From Dehalococcoidia bacterium (GTDB lineage Bacteria > Chloroflexota > Dehalococcoidia > Lucifugimonadales > UBA3495): a stretch of DNA of 64,000 nucleotides. Below the pieces are notes generated by a model. It had not been told where the DNA came from and searched no databases. It was given only the letters and a program-made list of their open reading frames with translations. Below, piece by piece: positions 29,328-40,334 of the stretch (its first letter is position 1; the number at the start of each line of letters is the position of its first letter). The translations under genes and the position numbers were made by a program. Location of the stretch: NCBI GenBank assembly GCA_965215975.1, contig OZ244136.1, positions 1,252,412-1,316,411 on the forward strand, read 5' to 3'.

Positions 29328-29561
29328 TCAGATTTGAAACTTGAGGAGCGATTTCAGCGCGTAGTAGGTATCATTCCACTGGACGACCTCGGATGCTTGG
29401 CGGATTGCCTCCAGTTGTACCAAGGTCGCCATTTTTTCGCTGGGCATTTCGTAGCGCATTTCAAAAACGCGCAACTCTTCCTGACGCTCCCTGATTATCT
29501 GTTCCTGACGGAGAACCCTGACCAGTATTCTTTGCCTGGTAGAAGCCATGAAGCTTCTCAT
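29328..29561 (-). CDS. Small hypothetical protein (antitoxin-like)
   Basis: 77-aa ORF with ELRVFEMRYEMPSE..EVVQW motif. Confidence 0.5.
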   Translation of the reverse strand: MRSFMASTRQRILVRVLRQEQIIRERQEELRVFEMRYEMPSEKMATLVQLEAIRQASEVVQWNDTYYALKSLLKFQI

Positions 29562-29837
29562 TCAGAATCAGGTTAATCGAACGGGTGGGGGTTCAAGTGT
29601 GGGGTGACAGTAATAATCCTCAAGAATTCGGCATTTAACTGGTGGAGCACCAACTTTGCTGGAGCATTCCTAAAACTTGGCCACTTCTGGATTCCGGCCT
29701 TCGCCGGAATGACGGTTAGGTGGGCTACTTAACTTGCATCGAGCCCCACTAATACCCAGCCCTACCCAACCCCTCTCCCCCGGTCTATAATCAATGGCAA
29801 GACACTTCTACGTCTGCCTTTCTTATTGGGGGCCGCT

Positions 29838-30215
29838 ATGTCCCGATTGTTTATTCCCGTTTTGCTGATGTTGTTGCCCCGGATTTTGCCCACCATCATC
29901 CGGTACGTTCTGCTGGTCTGGCGGCTTACCTTCGACAAACGGGTGAACATTATCATCCGTTCGCTGGTGCCCCTGGGCCTGGTGTACCTGCTGTGGCCTT
30001 TTGACCTGATCAAGGATAACATCCCCATCATCGGGCGGTTGGACGACGTGATAATCCTGGGGATGTCGGTGCTGTTCCTGGTGAAGCTGGCGCCGCAGCA
30101 CGTAGTGGACGAACACCTGGGTCGGGCGGCACCCTCGGATCGACCCGAGGACAAGGACCCGTCGCAGGTGGTGGACGGCAAGGCCCGCTTTGTTGACGAC
30201 GACCCTAGTTCCTGA
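29838..30215 (+). CDS. YkvA/DUF1232 membrane protein
   Basis: YLLWPFDLIKDNIPIIGRLDD. Confidence 0.85.
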   Translation: MSRLFIPVLLMLLPRILPTIIRYVLLVWRLTFDKRVNIIIRSLVPLGLVYLLWPFDLIKDNIPIIGRLDDVIILGMSVLFLVKLAPQHVVDEHLGRAAPSDRPEDKDPSQVVDGKARFVDDDPSS

Positions 30216-30256
30216 TGGCTCGACAGGCTCACTATGAGCGGGGTTCTGAAGACCGG

Positions 30257-31474
30257 ATGACAAGCGACGTGGCAGTCCTGCAGGACACGGGCATTTCCCT
30301 TTACATCCACGTTCCCTTCTGCCAGACCAAGTGTCCCTACTGCGACTTCAACACGTACCAGGGCATCGAGGGCCTGATGTCTCCCTTTTTGGAGGCGCTG
30401 GTGGCGGAGATTGCCGCGTGGGGACGGTCACTGGGAGGACCGCCGGTGAACACGGTGTTTTTCGGCGGCGGGACACCCTCCTACCTGCCCGACGGGTCGC
30501 TGGGGGAAATCATGGCGGCGGTTGGCGGGAGTTTCCAGCTTCGGGACGACGCGGAGATTACCGTGGAGGCCAACCCTGGGGACCTTACTCCGGCCAAGGC
30601 GGCAAGCCTGCTGGGGCAAGGGATCAACCGGGTAAGCATCGGTGTGCAGTCACTGGACAACGACCTGCTGAATCTGCTGGGGCGCCGCCACGACGCCGAC
30701 GGCGCCATTGCCGCTTTCCGCACGGTCAGCGAGGCGGGGTTTGACAACGTCAACCTGGACCTGATCTATGGCCTGCCGCGACAGACGCTGGGACAGTGGC
30801 AGGACACGCTGCAACGACTGGCAGAACTGGAGCCGACGCATATTTCGCTGTACTGCCTGACGGTGGAGGAGGGTACGCCGCTGCACCGCTGGGTGGAGCA
30901 GGGGCAGGTGCCGCGCCCCGACGCGGACCTGGCAGCGGATATGTACCAGTACGCCCGGGATATTCTGGGAGAACGAGGCTACCACCACTACGAGATATCG
31001 AACTGGTCGAAGCCGGGGCTGCCGTCGCGGCACAACCTGGCCTACTGGCGGAACGTGCCCTACCTGGGAGTGGGCCCCGGAGCCCATTCCTGCCTGGTGG
31101 GCTACCGGTTCTGGGACATGGACTCGCCGCGGGGGTACATCGCAGCGGCAAATGAGTGGGCCGGCAAGGTGGGTTCGACGGTTGATGCAATAACGGGAGA
31201 GTGGCTGGAATTGGTGGGGCCCGTGGGTGGGCATGAGCCGATAGATGCTGACCTGGCGGCGGCGGAGACGATGTTCCTGGGGCTGCGACTGCTGGACGGG
31301 CTGGACCTGGCCGAGGCGTCGGGACAGATGGGAGTGAACCTGGGAGAGCGTTACCGGTCCCAGATTGATGATCTGCTCAGGTTGGGGCTGCTGGAACAGG
31401 AGGATACGGTAATCCGGCTGCACCCTTCGGCCTACCTGATTGCCAACCAGGTATTCACCCGATTCCTGGACTGA
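30257..31474 (+). CDS. hemW: Radical SAM heme chaperone HemW (HemN-like)
   Basis: LYIHVPFCQTKCPYCDF, FGGGTPS, YEISNW, HNLAYW; alternative start 30215 lies in a repeat. Confidence 0.92.
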   Translation: MTSDVAVLQDTGISLYIHVPFCQTKCPYCDFNTYQGIEGLMSPFLEALVAEIAAWGRSLGGPPVNTVFFGGGTPSYLPDGSLGEIMAAVGGSFQLRDDAEITVEANPGDLTPAKAASLLGQGINRVSIGVQSLDNDLLNLLGRRHDADGAIAAFRTVSEAGFDNVNLDLIYGLPRQTLGQWQDTLQRLAELEPTHISLYCLTVEEGTPLHRWVEQGQVPRPDADLAADMYQYARDILGERGYHHYEISNWSKPGLPSRHNLAYWRNVPYLGVGPGAHSCLVGYRFWDMDSPRGYIAAANEWAGKVGSTVDAITGEWLELVGPVGGHEPIDADLAAAETMFLGLRLLDGLDLAEASGQMGVNLGERYRSQIDDLLRLGLLEQEDTVIRLHPSAYLIANQVFTRFLD

Positions 31475-31636
31475 GCGTCCTGGCCCCTTATTTGCCCCAT
31501 TTAACTCTCCCCCCAGTTCGACGCCGCTTCGACGAATAGCCATCAATCAGCTTGCCAACCCTTAACATAACCTTTAGCCTATATATCTGGGCCCGTTCAC
31601 ACGGGCAGCAAATTACCAGTTGGAGAGTTACCTGAT

Positions 31637-33025
31637 TTGCACCTACTTAATCGCCTCAAGAATCCCCTTACCAGTCGACCAGCATTGCCCACCCTGAAAA
31701 GAGCACTTTTAGTCACTTTCCTTAGTCTGTTTACCGTCATGCTGCTGGCCGCATGCGGAAGTGAGCCCGAGCCGACCGTGGCTCCGACACAAGCTCCGGC
31801 GCCGGAAGCGGGACCCACGCCCAACATCCAGGCCACCATAGACGCAGCGGTGGCATCGGCCATCAGCAGCCAGGCAGGCCAGCAGCCGGAAGCCCCTGCT
31901 GAAGAGGCTACCGAGGAACCTGCGGAGGAGCCCACAGAGGAACCCACCGAAGAGCCGATGGAAGAGCCTACCGCAGAACCGGAGCCTACTGCCACGCCCG
32001 AGCCGCAGCCGACACCCACACAGCGACCGACGCCCACCGCGGCGCCAACGGCTGTTCCGGAGCCGACCGCTATGCCGGAACCGGAGGCCACGCCAACACC
32101 GGCGCCGCTGCCGACGGCCGTGCCGACGCCGGTACCGGCAGCTACGGCCACTCCGAGGCCCACGCCGATGCCGCCTACTCCGGTGCCTACACCGGCGCCC
32201 GTTACCATTACGAAAATTGACAGCAACGGGGCCCATAACTGCGTCCTGTTTTCGGATGGGTCGGTGGACTGCTGGGGCAGCGACATCAACCAGCAGTTGA
32301 GCGTGCCGGTGGGTGTCACTTTCCTGGATATCAGCGCCGGAAGCTCGTTCACCTGCGGCATCCAGGGTGATGCGGGCAGGGAAAACCGGGCGTTCTGCTG
32401 GGGCAAGGACCTGTTGGGTACGCTGCAGGTTGACCGGAGCCTGAGCTTGAAGTCCATCAGCGCCGGGGGGCAGCACGTCTGCGGGATTCAGTTGGACGAC
32501 ACTGCCGTGTGCTGGGGCAACAATAATCACGGTCAAATCGAAGCGCCCAAGGTGCAGACATTTGCTGAGGTAACCAGCGGCGGCGACTTCAGCTGCGGAC
32601 TGAGGAACGACGGCACGGTCCATTGCTGGGGCGCCAATAACAACGGTCAACGCAACGTGCCAGAAGGGGAACAGTTCGTCAAGATTGATGCCGGAGACAA
32701 GCACGTCTGCGGTTTGCAGACCCTGGGAACCGTTGTCTGTTGGGGTAACATCTTGTCGGAGCCGCCCGTGGAAGAGGGGTTTGTGGATATCGGATCGGGA
32801 ATGCAATTCGCCTGCGGCGTAATGGCGGACAGCACCGTCGCCTGCTGGGGTCGGGATGCTGAGCGCGATCTGGAGTCGCCCGACCGGAGTGGGTTTGTGA
32901 TCATCAGCGGCGGTGATCAGCATACCTGCGCGGTACGGACCGATGGGGTGGTAGTCTGCTGGGGAGGGTCGAGATATCTGGGGGCGACCAACCCGCCGGA
33001 GTATCTGGAGAAGCCACGGTACTAA
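31637..33025 (+). CDS. Lipoprotein with Pro/Thr/Glu linker and RCC1/BLIP-II beta-propeller repeats
   Basis: LLAAC lipobox; repeated ISAGxxHxCG...DGTVxCWG. Confidence 0.88.
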   Translation: MHLLNRLKNPLTSRPALPTLKRALLVTFLSLFTVMLLAACGSEPEPTVAPTQAPAPEAGPTPNIQATIDAAVASAISSQAGQQPEAPAEEATEEPAEEPTEEPTEEPMEEPTAEPEPTATPEPQPTPTQRPTPTAAPTAVPEPTAMPEPEATPTPAPLPTAVPTPVPAATATPRPTPMPPTPVPTPAPVTITKIDSNGAHNCVLFSDGSVDCWGSDINQQLSVPVGVTFLDISAGSSFTCGIQGDAGRENRAFCWGKDLLGTLQVDRSLSLKSISAGGQHVCGIQLDDTAVCWGNNNHGQIEAPKVQTFAEVTSGGDFSCGLRNDGTVHCWGANNNGQRNVPEGEQFVKIDAGDKHVCGLQTLGTVVCWGNILSEPPVEEGFVDIGSGMQFACGVMADSTVACWGRDAERDLESPDRSGFVIISGGDQHTCAVRTDGVVVCWGGSRYLGATNPPEYLEKPRY

Positions 33026-33057
33026 AAACCGGGGCGAGACGGAGAACGAATGTAACC

Positions 33058-33086
33058 GGGGAGGGTTTGATGCCCTCCCCTTTCTA
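33058..33086 (+). terminator. Intrinsic terminator
   Basis: GGGGAGGG-TTTGATG-CCCTCCCC followed by TTTCT. Confidence 0.65.
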
Positions 33087-33544
33087 TTTCAAGGGCCAGG
33101 TTGCGTGGGAGTGTCAGATTTGAGCGCCAGACCTTTGACGGCCGTTAGCGCTTGGGGCCATCGTCAGGGACCAGGGTCTATTCTTCGTGGATGGCGCTCA
33201 TATGGGATCCTGGATTTTAAGAGTCGAGGTTGCTGCCTTCGAAGACTTTGCATGACCCATTGGATGGGCACTTGTTTGGGACCAAGACGGTTTTGAGCCA
33301 AGCTATCTCCCAGTCTTTTTGGATTCCTGCCTTCGCAGGAATGACGTTGGGGAGCTGCAGGAATGAAGATGGGGAGCTAAAGGGCGTCAGCTATGGGATG
33401 TGCACCGTCACCCCCATCCTAGCCTTCCCCCGTTGATGGGGAAGGGACTTGTTAAGATTCCTTAAGACTGTCGTCCTGGGGCCGCCTCTTGATTGGAACC
33501 GCTCTTCCCGGGCTTGTCGAAATCCCCGCGTATAACGGGGTGTC

Positions 33545-33569
33545 CTTCGACAGGCTCAGGATGAGCGGT
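33545..33569 (+). repeat. CTTCGACAGGCTCAGG-type REP-like repeat; related copies near 29147-29170 and 30218-30243
   Basis: CCTTCGACAGGCTCAGGATGAGCGG; GCTCGACAGGCTCACTATGAGCGGGG. Confidence 0.65.
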
Positions 33570-33711
33570 TTCTTTTTTGGGCGTACTTTGAAGGGCTCAG
33601 GGTTCCATGATTCGTGGATCAGAGAGATGAGACGTGTCGGACGGTTTGAATCGACTAACTGTAGCCATTAGGGGCCATACCTGGGCAGTTCCGTATGTAC
33701 TCCTGGCCGCA

Positions 33712-34443
33712 CTAGCGCATTGCGGCTTTGGCGGCGGCTTTGGCGGCGGCTTTGGCGGCGGCGGCTTTGGCCTTTTGTTCGCGGCGGGCCAGGGTGCGGC
33801 GGATGTAGTCGGTGGCGTCGGGAGTTTTGCAGCCGGTCTGGCCGTGGTCGACTTCCACCTTGCCGAGGTGGGCGGCGGCGGCGAGAGCCTGCTCTTCCAG
33901 GGCATCGTTGCGGATGCCGATGGCAATCAGGGCGTTGTTCATGGCATCCCTGACCCGGTTCTTGCGGACGTGGATTTCGCCTTCGATGGTTGCCAGGCAG
34001 GCAGTGAAATAGTCATCAGGGAGGTCCTGGTTCTTCAACGCCAAGTGGGCTACCAGGTGCCAGCCGGCGCGTCCTGGCCATTCACCATCGGAAGGGCACC
34101 AATGCTCGGCCTTGTCGAAAGCCAGGGACGTCTTGCCCACAAAGCTGGAAAAGGTGTCGGTAAGCACGTAGTTGTCCAACTCGTCGGCCCAAGCCTCCAG
34201 CAGCGAATCACTCGTCTGGGCCGGGTCGGCGACCATAGCGGCCAGCACCCGAGCGTCGTGGTTGCCAGTGGCCCAAAGCTGGAGGGCCAAGTCCTGGTCA
34301 CGCTTGATGGCCTTGGCCAGCTTGTTCTGGTTGGCATAGCTTACGCCGAACATGTGATCGCCGACGCCGTGGCGGCCGTAGATCTTGCGATTCTGGGCGG
34401 TGCCGAAGGATTCCAGTTGTTGCATTGCTTCTTGAAGGTTCAT
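33712..34443 (-). CDS. DNA alkylation repair protein (AlkD-like HEAT repeat) with (KAAA)n tail
   Basis: FGVSYANQNKLAKAIKRDQDLALQLWATGNHDARVLA, VEVDHGQTGCKTPDA. Confidence 0.85.
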   Translation of the reverse strand: MNLQEAMQQLESFGTAQNRKIYGRHGVGDHMFGVSYANQNKLAKAIKRDQDLALQLWATGNHDARVLAAMVADPAQTSDSLLEAWADELDNYVLTDTFSSFVGKTSLAFDKAEHWCPSDGEWPGRAGWHLVAHLALKNQDLPDDYFTACLATIEGEIHVRKNRVRDAMNNALIAIGIRNDALEEQALAAAAHLGKVEVDHGQTGCKTPDATDYIRRTLARREQKAKAAAAKAAAKAAAKAAMR

Positions 34444-34762
34444 CTCAACCCCTTGACGACAATACGCAGATTCAAGTGGATTCCAATATACCCATCCGGG
34501 TGAGGAGATGCCAAGGTAATCGCTTCATGTTTATGCCTGAAGCCCAAACTCACGGTTTCGCCGCCTGGATTTTGTCGAGTGGCCCACTCTACAACTGCGT
34601 TCCCTACATTTGGCACTCTTAGTAAGTCTTACATGTGACTCTTTAGATTCTTCGGATTCGCTGGGAATAGCTGAGATTTCAGGCGCGAGTACCTCGCCTT
34701 TTGCATTCCTCTATTCCGACCCACCCTTTGGTGCTATGCTTTATCTATCAAGGAAGAAAGTT

Positions 34763-35044
34763 ATGAGCGCGTCCAACATTCAGTCGGTTTACATTGTGCA
34801 GGACGACGGGATTTGCGGGGGGCACCCCCGCATTGCTGGCTCACGCATCAAAGTTCAGCATATAGTCATTGAGTACGTGCATGGCGGCTTGAGTGCTGAG
34901 GAGATTTGCAAGTCTCTTCCACCCCTCACTCCCGCTCAAGTTCATGCCGCTCTGTCCTTCTACTACGATCACCAGGATGAAATCGAGCAGACCATTGAGG
35001 ACGACCAGGAAATCGCTGAACAGATGGAGGCAGGGCTGATTTAA
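34763..35044 (+). CDS. DUF433 antitoxin
   Basis: ICGGHPRIAGSRIKV...LTPAQVHAALSFYYDHQDEI. Confidence 0.9.
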   Translation: MSASNIQSVYIVQDDGICGGHPRIAGSRIKVQHIVIEYVHGGLSAEEICKSLPPLTPAQVHAALSFYYDHQDEIEQTIEDDQEIAEQMEAGLI

Positions 35045-35373
35045 TGCCCTTGTCCCTGCTCTGCGATGAACACATTCCCTTCGAAGTTGTAAATGGTTTG
35101 GCCAATCAAGGTTTGGATGTAGTTACCGTTCAGGACCTAAACCTGCGGGCTACGGTCGACCCCGACATTATGAGTGTCGTCCGGCAAGAAGGGCTAGTAA
35201 TTTACACGAACGACACCGACTTTCTTCGATTGAGCAACTCGGGAGTTCCCCATCCCGGAATCCTCTACCATCACCCGCAAAAGTTCTCTCCCAACACGGC
35301 AATCAACATAGTAGGGACGGCCTGCCAGGTACTGGATATGGAAGAAATGCCCAATCGTGTACAATTCCTTTAG
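35044..35373 (+). CDS. DUF5615 PIN-like toxin (VapC45-type)
   Basis: LLCDEHIP...TNDTDFLRL..HPGIL; TAATG coupling with DUF433. Confidence 0.88.
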   Translation: MPLSLLCDEHIPFEVVNGLANQGLDVVTVQDLNLRATVDPDIMSVVRQEGLVIYTNDTDFLRLSNSGVPHPGILYHHPQKFSPNTAINIVGTACQVLDMEEMPNRVQFL

Positions 35374-35401
35374 CTACGAATGATTAGCTACAAATAAGAG
35401 G

Positions 35402-37276
35402 TTGCCCCATATGTACGTTATTGGCACCGCCGGACATGTTGACCACGGTAAGTCCACTCTGGTCAAAGCCCTCACCAACATTGACCCGGACCGTCTCCCG
35501 GAGGAAAAGGAAAGGGAGATGACGGTTGACCTGGGCTTTGCCTGGATGACCCTGCCCAGCGGCCGCGAAGTCAGCATCGTGGACGTGCCAGGTCACGAGC
35601 GGTTGATCAAGAACATGCTGGCCGGGGTAGGAGCCATTGACCTGGCCATGCTGATTGTGGCCGCCGACGAAAGCGTGATGCAGCAGACCCGGGAGCACCT
35701 GGCTATCCTGGACATACTGCAAATCAAGCGGGGCCTGATAGTAATCACCAAGACAGACCTGGTGGACGAGGAGCTGGTTGAACTGGTCAAGGCGGAGGTC
35801 GAGGACGTGGTGGCCGGAACATCTTTTGAGGACGCCACCATGATTGGCGTGTCGTCCTACACTGGGGCCGGCTTGGATGAATTAAAAGACACCATTGACG
35901 AAATTCTGGACCAGACCGGGGCGCGGCGGGACCTCGGACGGCCCCGCCTGCCAGTGGACCGGTGCTTCTCCATTTCCGGGTTTGGCACCGTGGTAACCGG
36001 TACGCTGGTCGACGGGGTTTTTGCCGTGGGACAGGAAGTGGAACTGGCGCCTTCGGGGATGCGGGGCCGCATTCGCGGACTGCAAAGCCACAAAGAACGG
36101 GTAGGCAGCAGCGATCCTGGGGTCCGGTTGGCGGTTAACTTGTCGGGCGTTGCCCGAACCGACATAGAGCGGGGTGAGGTGGTTACACTGCCCGGCTGGC
36201 TACCCTCCACCCGACGCCTGGACGCCAGGATGCGGATGGTGGCCGGGGCGCCCCACCCCCTGCGCCACAATTCCGGCGTTACCTTCCACCTCTTTACCAG
36301 CGAGACCACGGCCCGGGTACGGCTGCTGGACGCGGACCGGTTGGCCCCCAACGAGGAGGGCTGGATCCAGATATTGCTGGATGACCCAATCCCGATGGTC
36401 AAGGGCGACTATTATGTACTGCGTTCTGCCGAAGATACTTTGGGCGGCGGACAGGTGGTGGACCCGAGCCCCCGGCGCCGGCACCGGCGCTTTGTTCCCG
36501 AGACCATTGAGCAGCTAATGATGCTGGACCAGGGCACCGGGGAGGACATCATCTATAGCGTGGCCGACCAGAGCGGGCCCTGCGACCTGCGAACCCTGTC
36601 GCAACGGTCCAACCTGTCCTCGGAAGATGCGGTGGAACGGGCCCTTCAGTTGGCTGAGGCGGGGGACCTGGTGGTTCTGGGCAACCTGGGGACGGAGAAC
36701 GATGCCGTGGTCTATTCGTCGCAGGGGTGGGACATCTTCAAAAGCAAGGTGCGGGTGGACCTGCAGACTTACCACAACAACTATCCGCTGCGAAGAGGGG
36801 CGCCCACCCAGGAAACTCGCAGCCGTACCGGGCTGGCCCAGGGGGTGTACCTGAGGGCGCTGGCCCGCCTGGTGGAGGAGGGTTGCCTGGTGGAGGATGG
36901 CCAGCAACTTCGCCTCCCCGACCACGAGGTTACGCTGACCCCGGAACTGGAGAAACGGGCCAATGATTACCTGCAATCCCTGGAGCGCGAGCCCTATTCG
37001 CCGCCCACCGAGCGTCATCCGGAGCCTGAACTGCTGGGCTTTCTGATTGACGAGGGCAAGGTGGTGAGGGTGAACGAGTCGGTGGTGTTCGCGGCCTCGG
37101 CCTACCGTGAACTAACCGACCGGATAGTGGCCCACCTGAACGAGAACGGGTCGATAACGGTAGCGGACGTCCGGACCCTGTTCGATACCAGCCGCAAGTA
37201 CAGCCTGCCCCTGCTGGAGTATCTGGACCAGCAGCGGATTACGAGGCGGGTGGGGGATGAGCGGGTTTTGCGGTGA
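35402..37276 (+). CDS. selB: Selenocysteine-specific elongation factor
   Basis: [38 protein letters not shown]-terminal [26 protein letters not shown]. Confidence 0.96.
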   Translation: MPHMYVIGTAGHVDHGKSTLVKALTNIDPDRLPEEKEREMTVDLGFAWMTLPSGREVSIVDVPGHERLIKNMLAGVGAIDLAMLIVAADESVMQQTREHLAILDILQIKRGLIVITKTDLVDEELVELVKAEVEDVVAGTSFEDATMIGVSSYTGAGLDELKDTIDEILDQTGARRDLGRPRLPVDRCFSISGFGTVVTGTLVDGVFAVGQEVELAPSGMRGRIRGLQSHKERVGSSDPGVRLAVNLSGVARTDIERGEVVTLPGWLPSTRRLDARMRMVAGAPHPLRHNSGVTFHLFTSETTARVRLLDADRLAPNEEGWIQILLDDPIPMVKGDYYVLRSAEDTLGGGQVVDPSPRRRHRRFVPETIEQLMMLDQGTGEDIIYSVADQSGPCDLRTLSQRSNLSSEDAVERALQLAEAGDLVVLGNLGTENDAVVYSSQGWDIFKSKVRVDLQTYHNNYPLRRGAPTQETRSRTGLAQGVYLRALARLVEEGCLVEDGQQLRLPDHEVTLTPELEKRANDYLQSLEREPYSPPTERHPEPELLGFLIDEGKVVRVNESVVFAASAYRELTDRIVAHLNENGSITVADVRTLFDTSRKYSLPLLEYLDQQRITRRVGDERVLR

Positions 37277-37390
37277 CGGGGGTTACTATGTGATGATATG
37301 TACATCGCTATACGTCTTATAAGGTAGACATCAGCAATGCTATATTCCCCGGAGTTTGCAATCCTATGCTTGAATCCGGGGGCTGTAGCT

Positions 37391-38164
37391 TTGTTGGTAT
37401 TTATAGACGAGAGTGGGACTCCTCATCCTAACGACGGATGCTCCAGACCGTTAATTCTCGCTGTCTGCATTTCCGAGTCGGACGTTAGATACGTTACGGG
37501 GCGAATCTATAGTTTAAAGAGGCAGATTCTTGGAAACGAAGATGCAGAGATAAAAGCCAACAAACTGCTAAACAGATCAACATTCCGCCGTATTCCAGAT
37601 AAGCGAGAATTCGTAGAAGCCTTCTTTGATATCTTGAGGGATATGCCCATAACCATGTTTGCGATGATTATGGAGCGCCCTTTAGTGGTACCACCTTTGA
37701 CTCCTATACTGCCCAGCCAGTTCAGGTTTCTCCTTGAGAGGATAAATCTGTTTTCTGAAAGCCGAAACGAAATGGCTACGATACTTTTCGATGGGGACGG
37801 CAAAAGTCAATATGGGGGGTTGGCCGTTAAATTCAGCAATTATCTGCATAGATCAGTAGAAGGAAGGTCATATTCTCGCATAACTGACTCACCCTTTTTC
37901 GTGGACTCCAAGATAACTGCAGGGATTCAAATTGCCGATATGGCGGCCGGAGTGGTTCGATTATACGAAGAGAACGGTTTGTTCCACGGCGCTCTTGGTG
38001 GGGACTCTTTCCTGAACGCGATACGAAGATACTACAACGTGGTGGAAAGCAAGACACTTGATCATGTAAGCCCGAGCGGCTACCCGAGGCATGGCTTCTA
38101 TCGTATGCCAGAGCGAGAACATTACGCTACTGTTGCGGAGGACAGACCAGAGGAAACCCCATAA
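37391..38164 (+). CDS. DUF3800 family protein (RNase H-like fold)
   Basis: LVFIDESG, EIKA, ILFDG, FVDSK..GIQIADMAAG; lower GC than flanks. Confidence 0.85.
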   Translation: MLVFIDESGTPHPNDGCSRPLILAVCISESDVRYVTGRIYSLKRQILGNEDAEIKANKLLNRSTFRRIPDKREFVEAFFDILRDMPITMFAMIMERPLVVPPLTPILPSQFRFLLERINLFSESRNEMATILFDGDGKSQYGGLAVKFSNYLHRSVEGRSYSRITDSPFFVDSKITAGIQIADMAAGVVRLYEENGLFHGALGGDSFLNAIRRYYNVVESKTLDHVSPSGYPRHGFYRMPEREHYATVAEDRPEETP

Positions 38165-38212
38165 AAGCCAGAGAGCCAGTTGTGACACCCGCTAGGAATC
38201 ACGTCTGGCTCT
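38162..38212 (-). ncRNA. Candidate DUF3800-associated small hairpin RNA, convergent with the gene
   Basis: AGAGCCAG/CTGGCTCT plus GTGA/TCAC stems then TTTT, downstream of a minus-strand promoter. Confidence 0.6.
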
Positions 38213-38218
38213 ATATCA

Positions 38219-38247
38219 AGAGTATAAAACTTTTCTCAACATGTCAA
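38219..38247 (-). promoter_or_regulatory. Minus-strand sigma70 promoter pointing into the hairpin
   Basis: TTGACA (38247-38242) - 17 bp - TACTCT (overlapping TATACT at 15 bp). Confidence 0.6.
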
Positions 38248-38334
38248 CCTCCCTCAAAGCGTCAACCTCAAAAGGCATAAGTATCAGATGTACGTCCAGG
38301 CCGCATTTCAAGAGCCGAACTGGAGGGAACTTTG

Positions 38335-38550
38335 ATGCCACGCTGGGAAACGGGACTTCAAATATTTGGGGTTCTTCTGGCCGTAGCGATCGGGAATCTC
38401 CTATTCGGTCCCGGAGATTCGATTCTTGTGTCGGCGTTCTAGGGCGCTATTTATGGGCTAGCAGGTATAGCGGTCGTGAGGGTTCTTATCTGGTTGGTCA
38501 GAAAGTTGGTCGAAAACCGGCCAGGCCCCCGCAATGACCATGCTCAATAG
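38335..38550 (+). pseudogene. Small two-TM membrane protein with in-frame TAG (38440-38442)
   Basis: GGAGGG RBS; MPRWETGLQIFGVLLAVAIGNLLFGPGDSILVSAF*GAIYGLAGIAVVRVLIWLVRK. Confidence 0.55.
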
Positions 38551-38602
38551 GGCTTTATGGATTTCGACACTGAAGTGATGTTCCAAATTCCAACCACCCC
38601 AA

Positions 38603-38631
38603 TTGACAATCACTCTTGGGCTTTATATAAT
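38603..38631 (+). promoter_or_regulatory. Consensus sigma70 promoter of the tRNA-tuf operon
   Basis: TTGACA - 17 bp - TATAAT. Confidence 0.85.
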
Positions 38632-38704
38632 TTTTGCGTATCAAGTTGGCTGGTTTAGTGGCCCCGATCATGCGGGGCCTTTTTCTAGTCTAACGATAGT
38701 ATCT

Positions 38705-38779
38705 GCCCCTGTGGCGCAATGGTAGCGCAGTCGACTTGTAATCGACAGGTTAGGGGTTCGAGTCCCCTCTGGGGCTCCA
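38705..38779 (+). tRNA. tRNA-Thr(TGT)
   Basis: Cloverleaf, GTCGA-CTTGTAA-TCGAC, GTTCGAG, CCA end. Confidence 0.95.
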
Positions 38780-38854
38780 TAGAATACTATACAAACCCAA
38801 TGGCACCGGTTTTGCGAAAGCCTGACTCCGCGTTATGGAGCCGGGCGCCGGCAG

Positions 38855-38942
38855 GGAGGGGTGGGTGAGTGGTTAAAGCCACCAGACTGTAAATCTGGCG
38901 TCCGGAAGGACTTCGCAGGTTCGAATCCTGCCCCCTCCACCA
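38855..38942 (+). tRNA. tRNA-Tyr(GTA)
   Basis: CCAGA-CTGTAAA-TCTGG, long variable arm, GTTCGAATC, ACCA. Confidence 0.96.
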
Positions 38943-38992
38943 CCCAAATTGGTAAAAACAAACCAAATCTAATCAAAATTTTGGGGTCACGA

Positions 38993-39067
38993 GCCCAGAT
39001 AGCTCAGCGGTAGAGCACGTTCTTGGTAAGAACGGGGTCGGCGGTTCAATCCCGCCTCTGGGCTCCA
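38993..39067 (+). tRNA. tRNA-Thr(GGT)
   Basis: GTTCT-TGGTA-AGAAC anticodon arm, GTTCAATC, TCCA. Confidence 0.95.
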
Positions 39068-39103
39068 TCAGTCCCCCAGGAAGATAGGAGAGTAGCACTA
39101 AAA

Positions 39104-40288
<1,185 letters not shown>

Positions 40289-40334
40289 AGAGGAAAACTT
40301 CCTGTCCAATTGGGCGGACGAAAGAAGGTAGAAT

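Noticed and set aside
38191..38196. CTAG in the DUF3800 RNA loop as a guide for CTAG-targeting IS
   Set aside because: A 4-nt match is expected by chance, and these IS are ordinary DDE elements with IRs and target duplications
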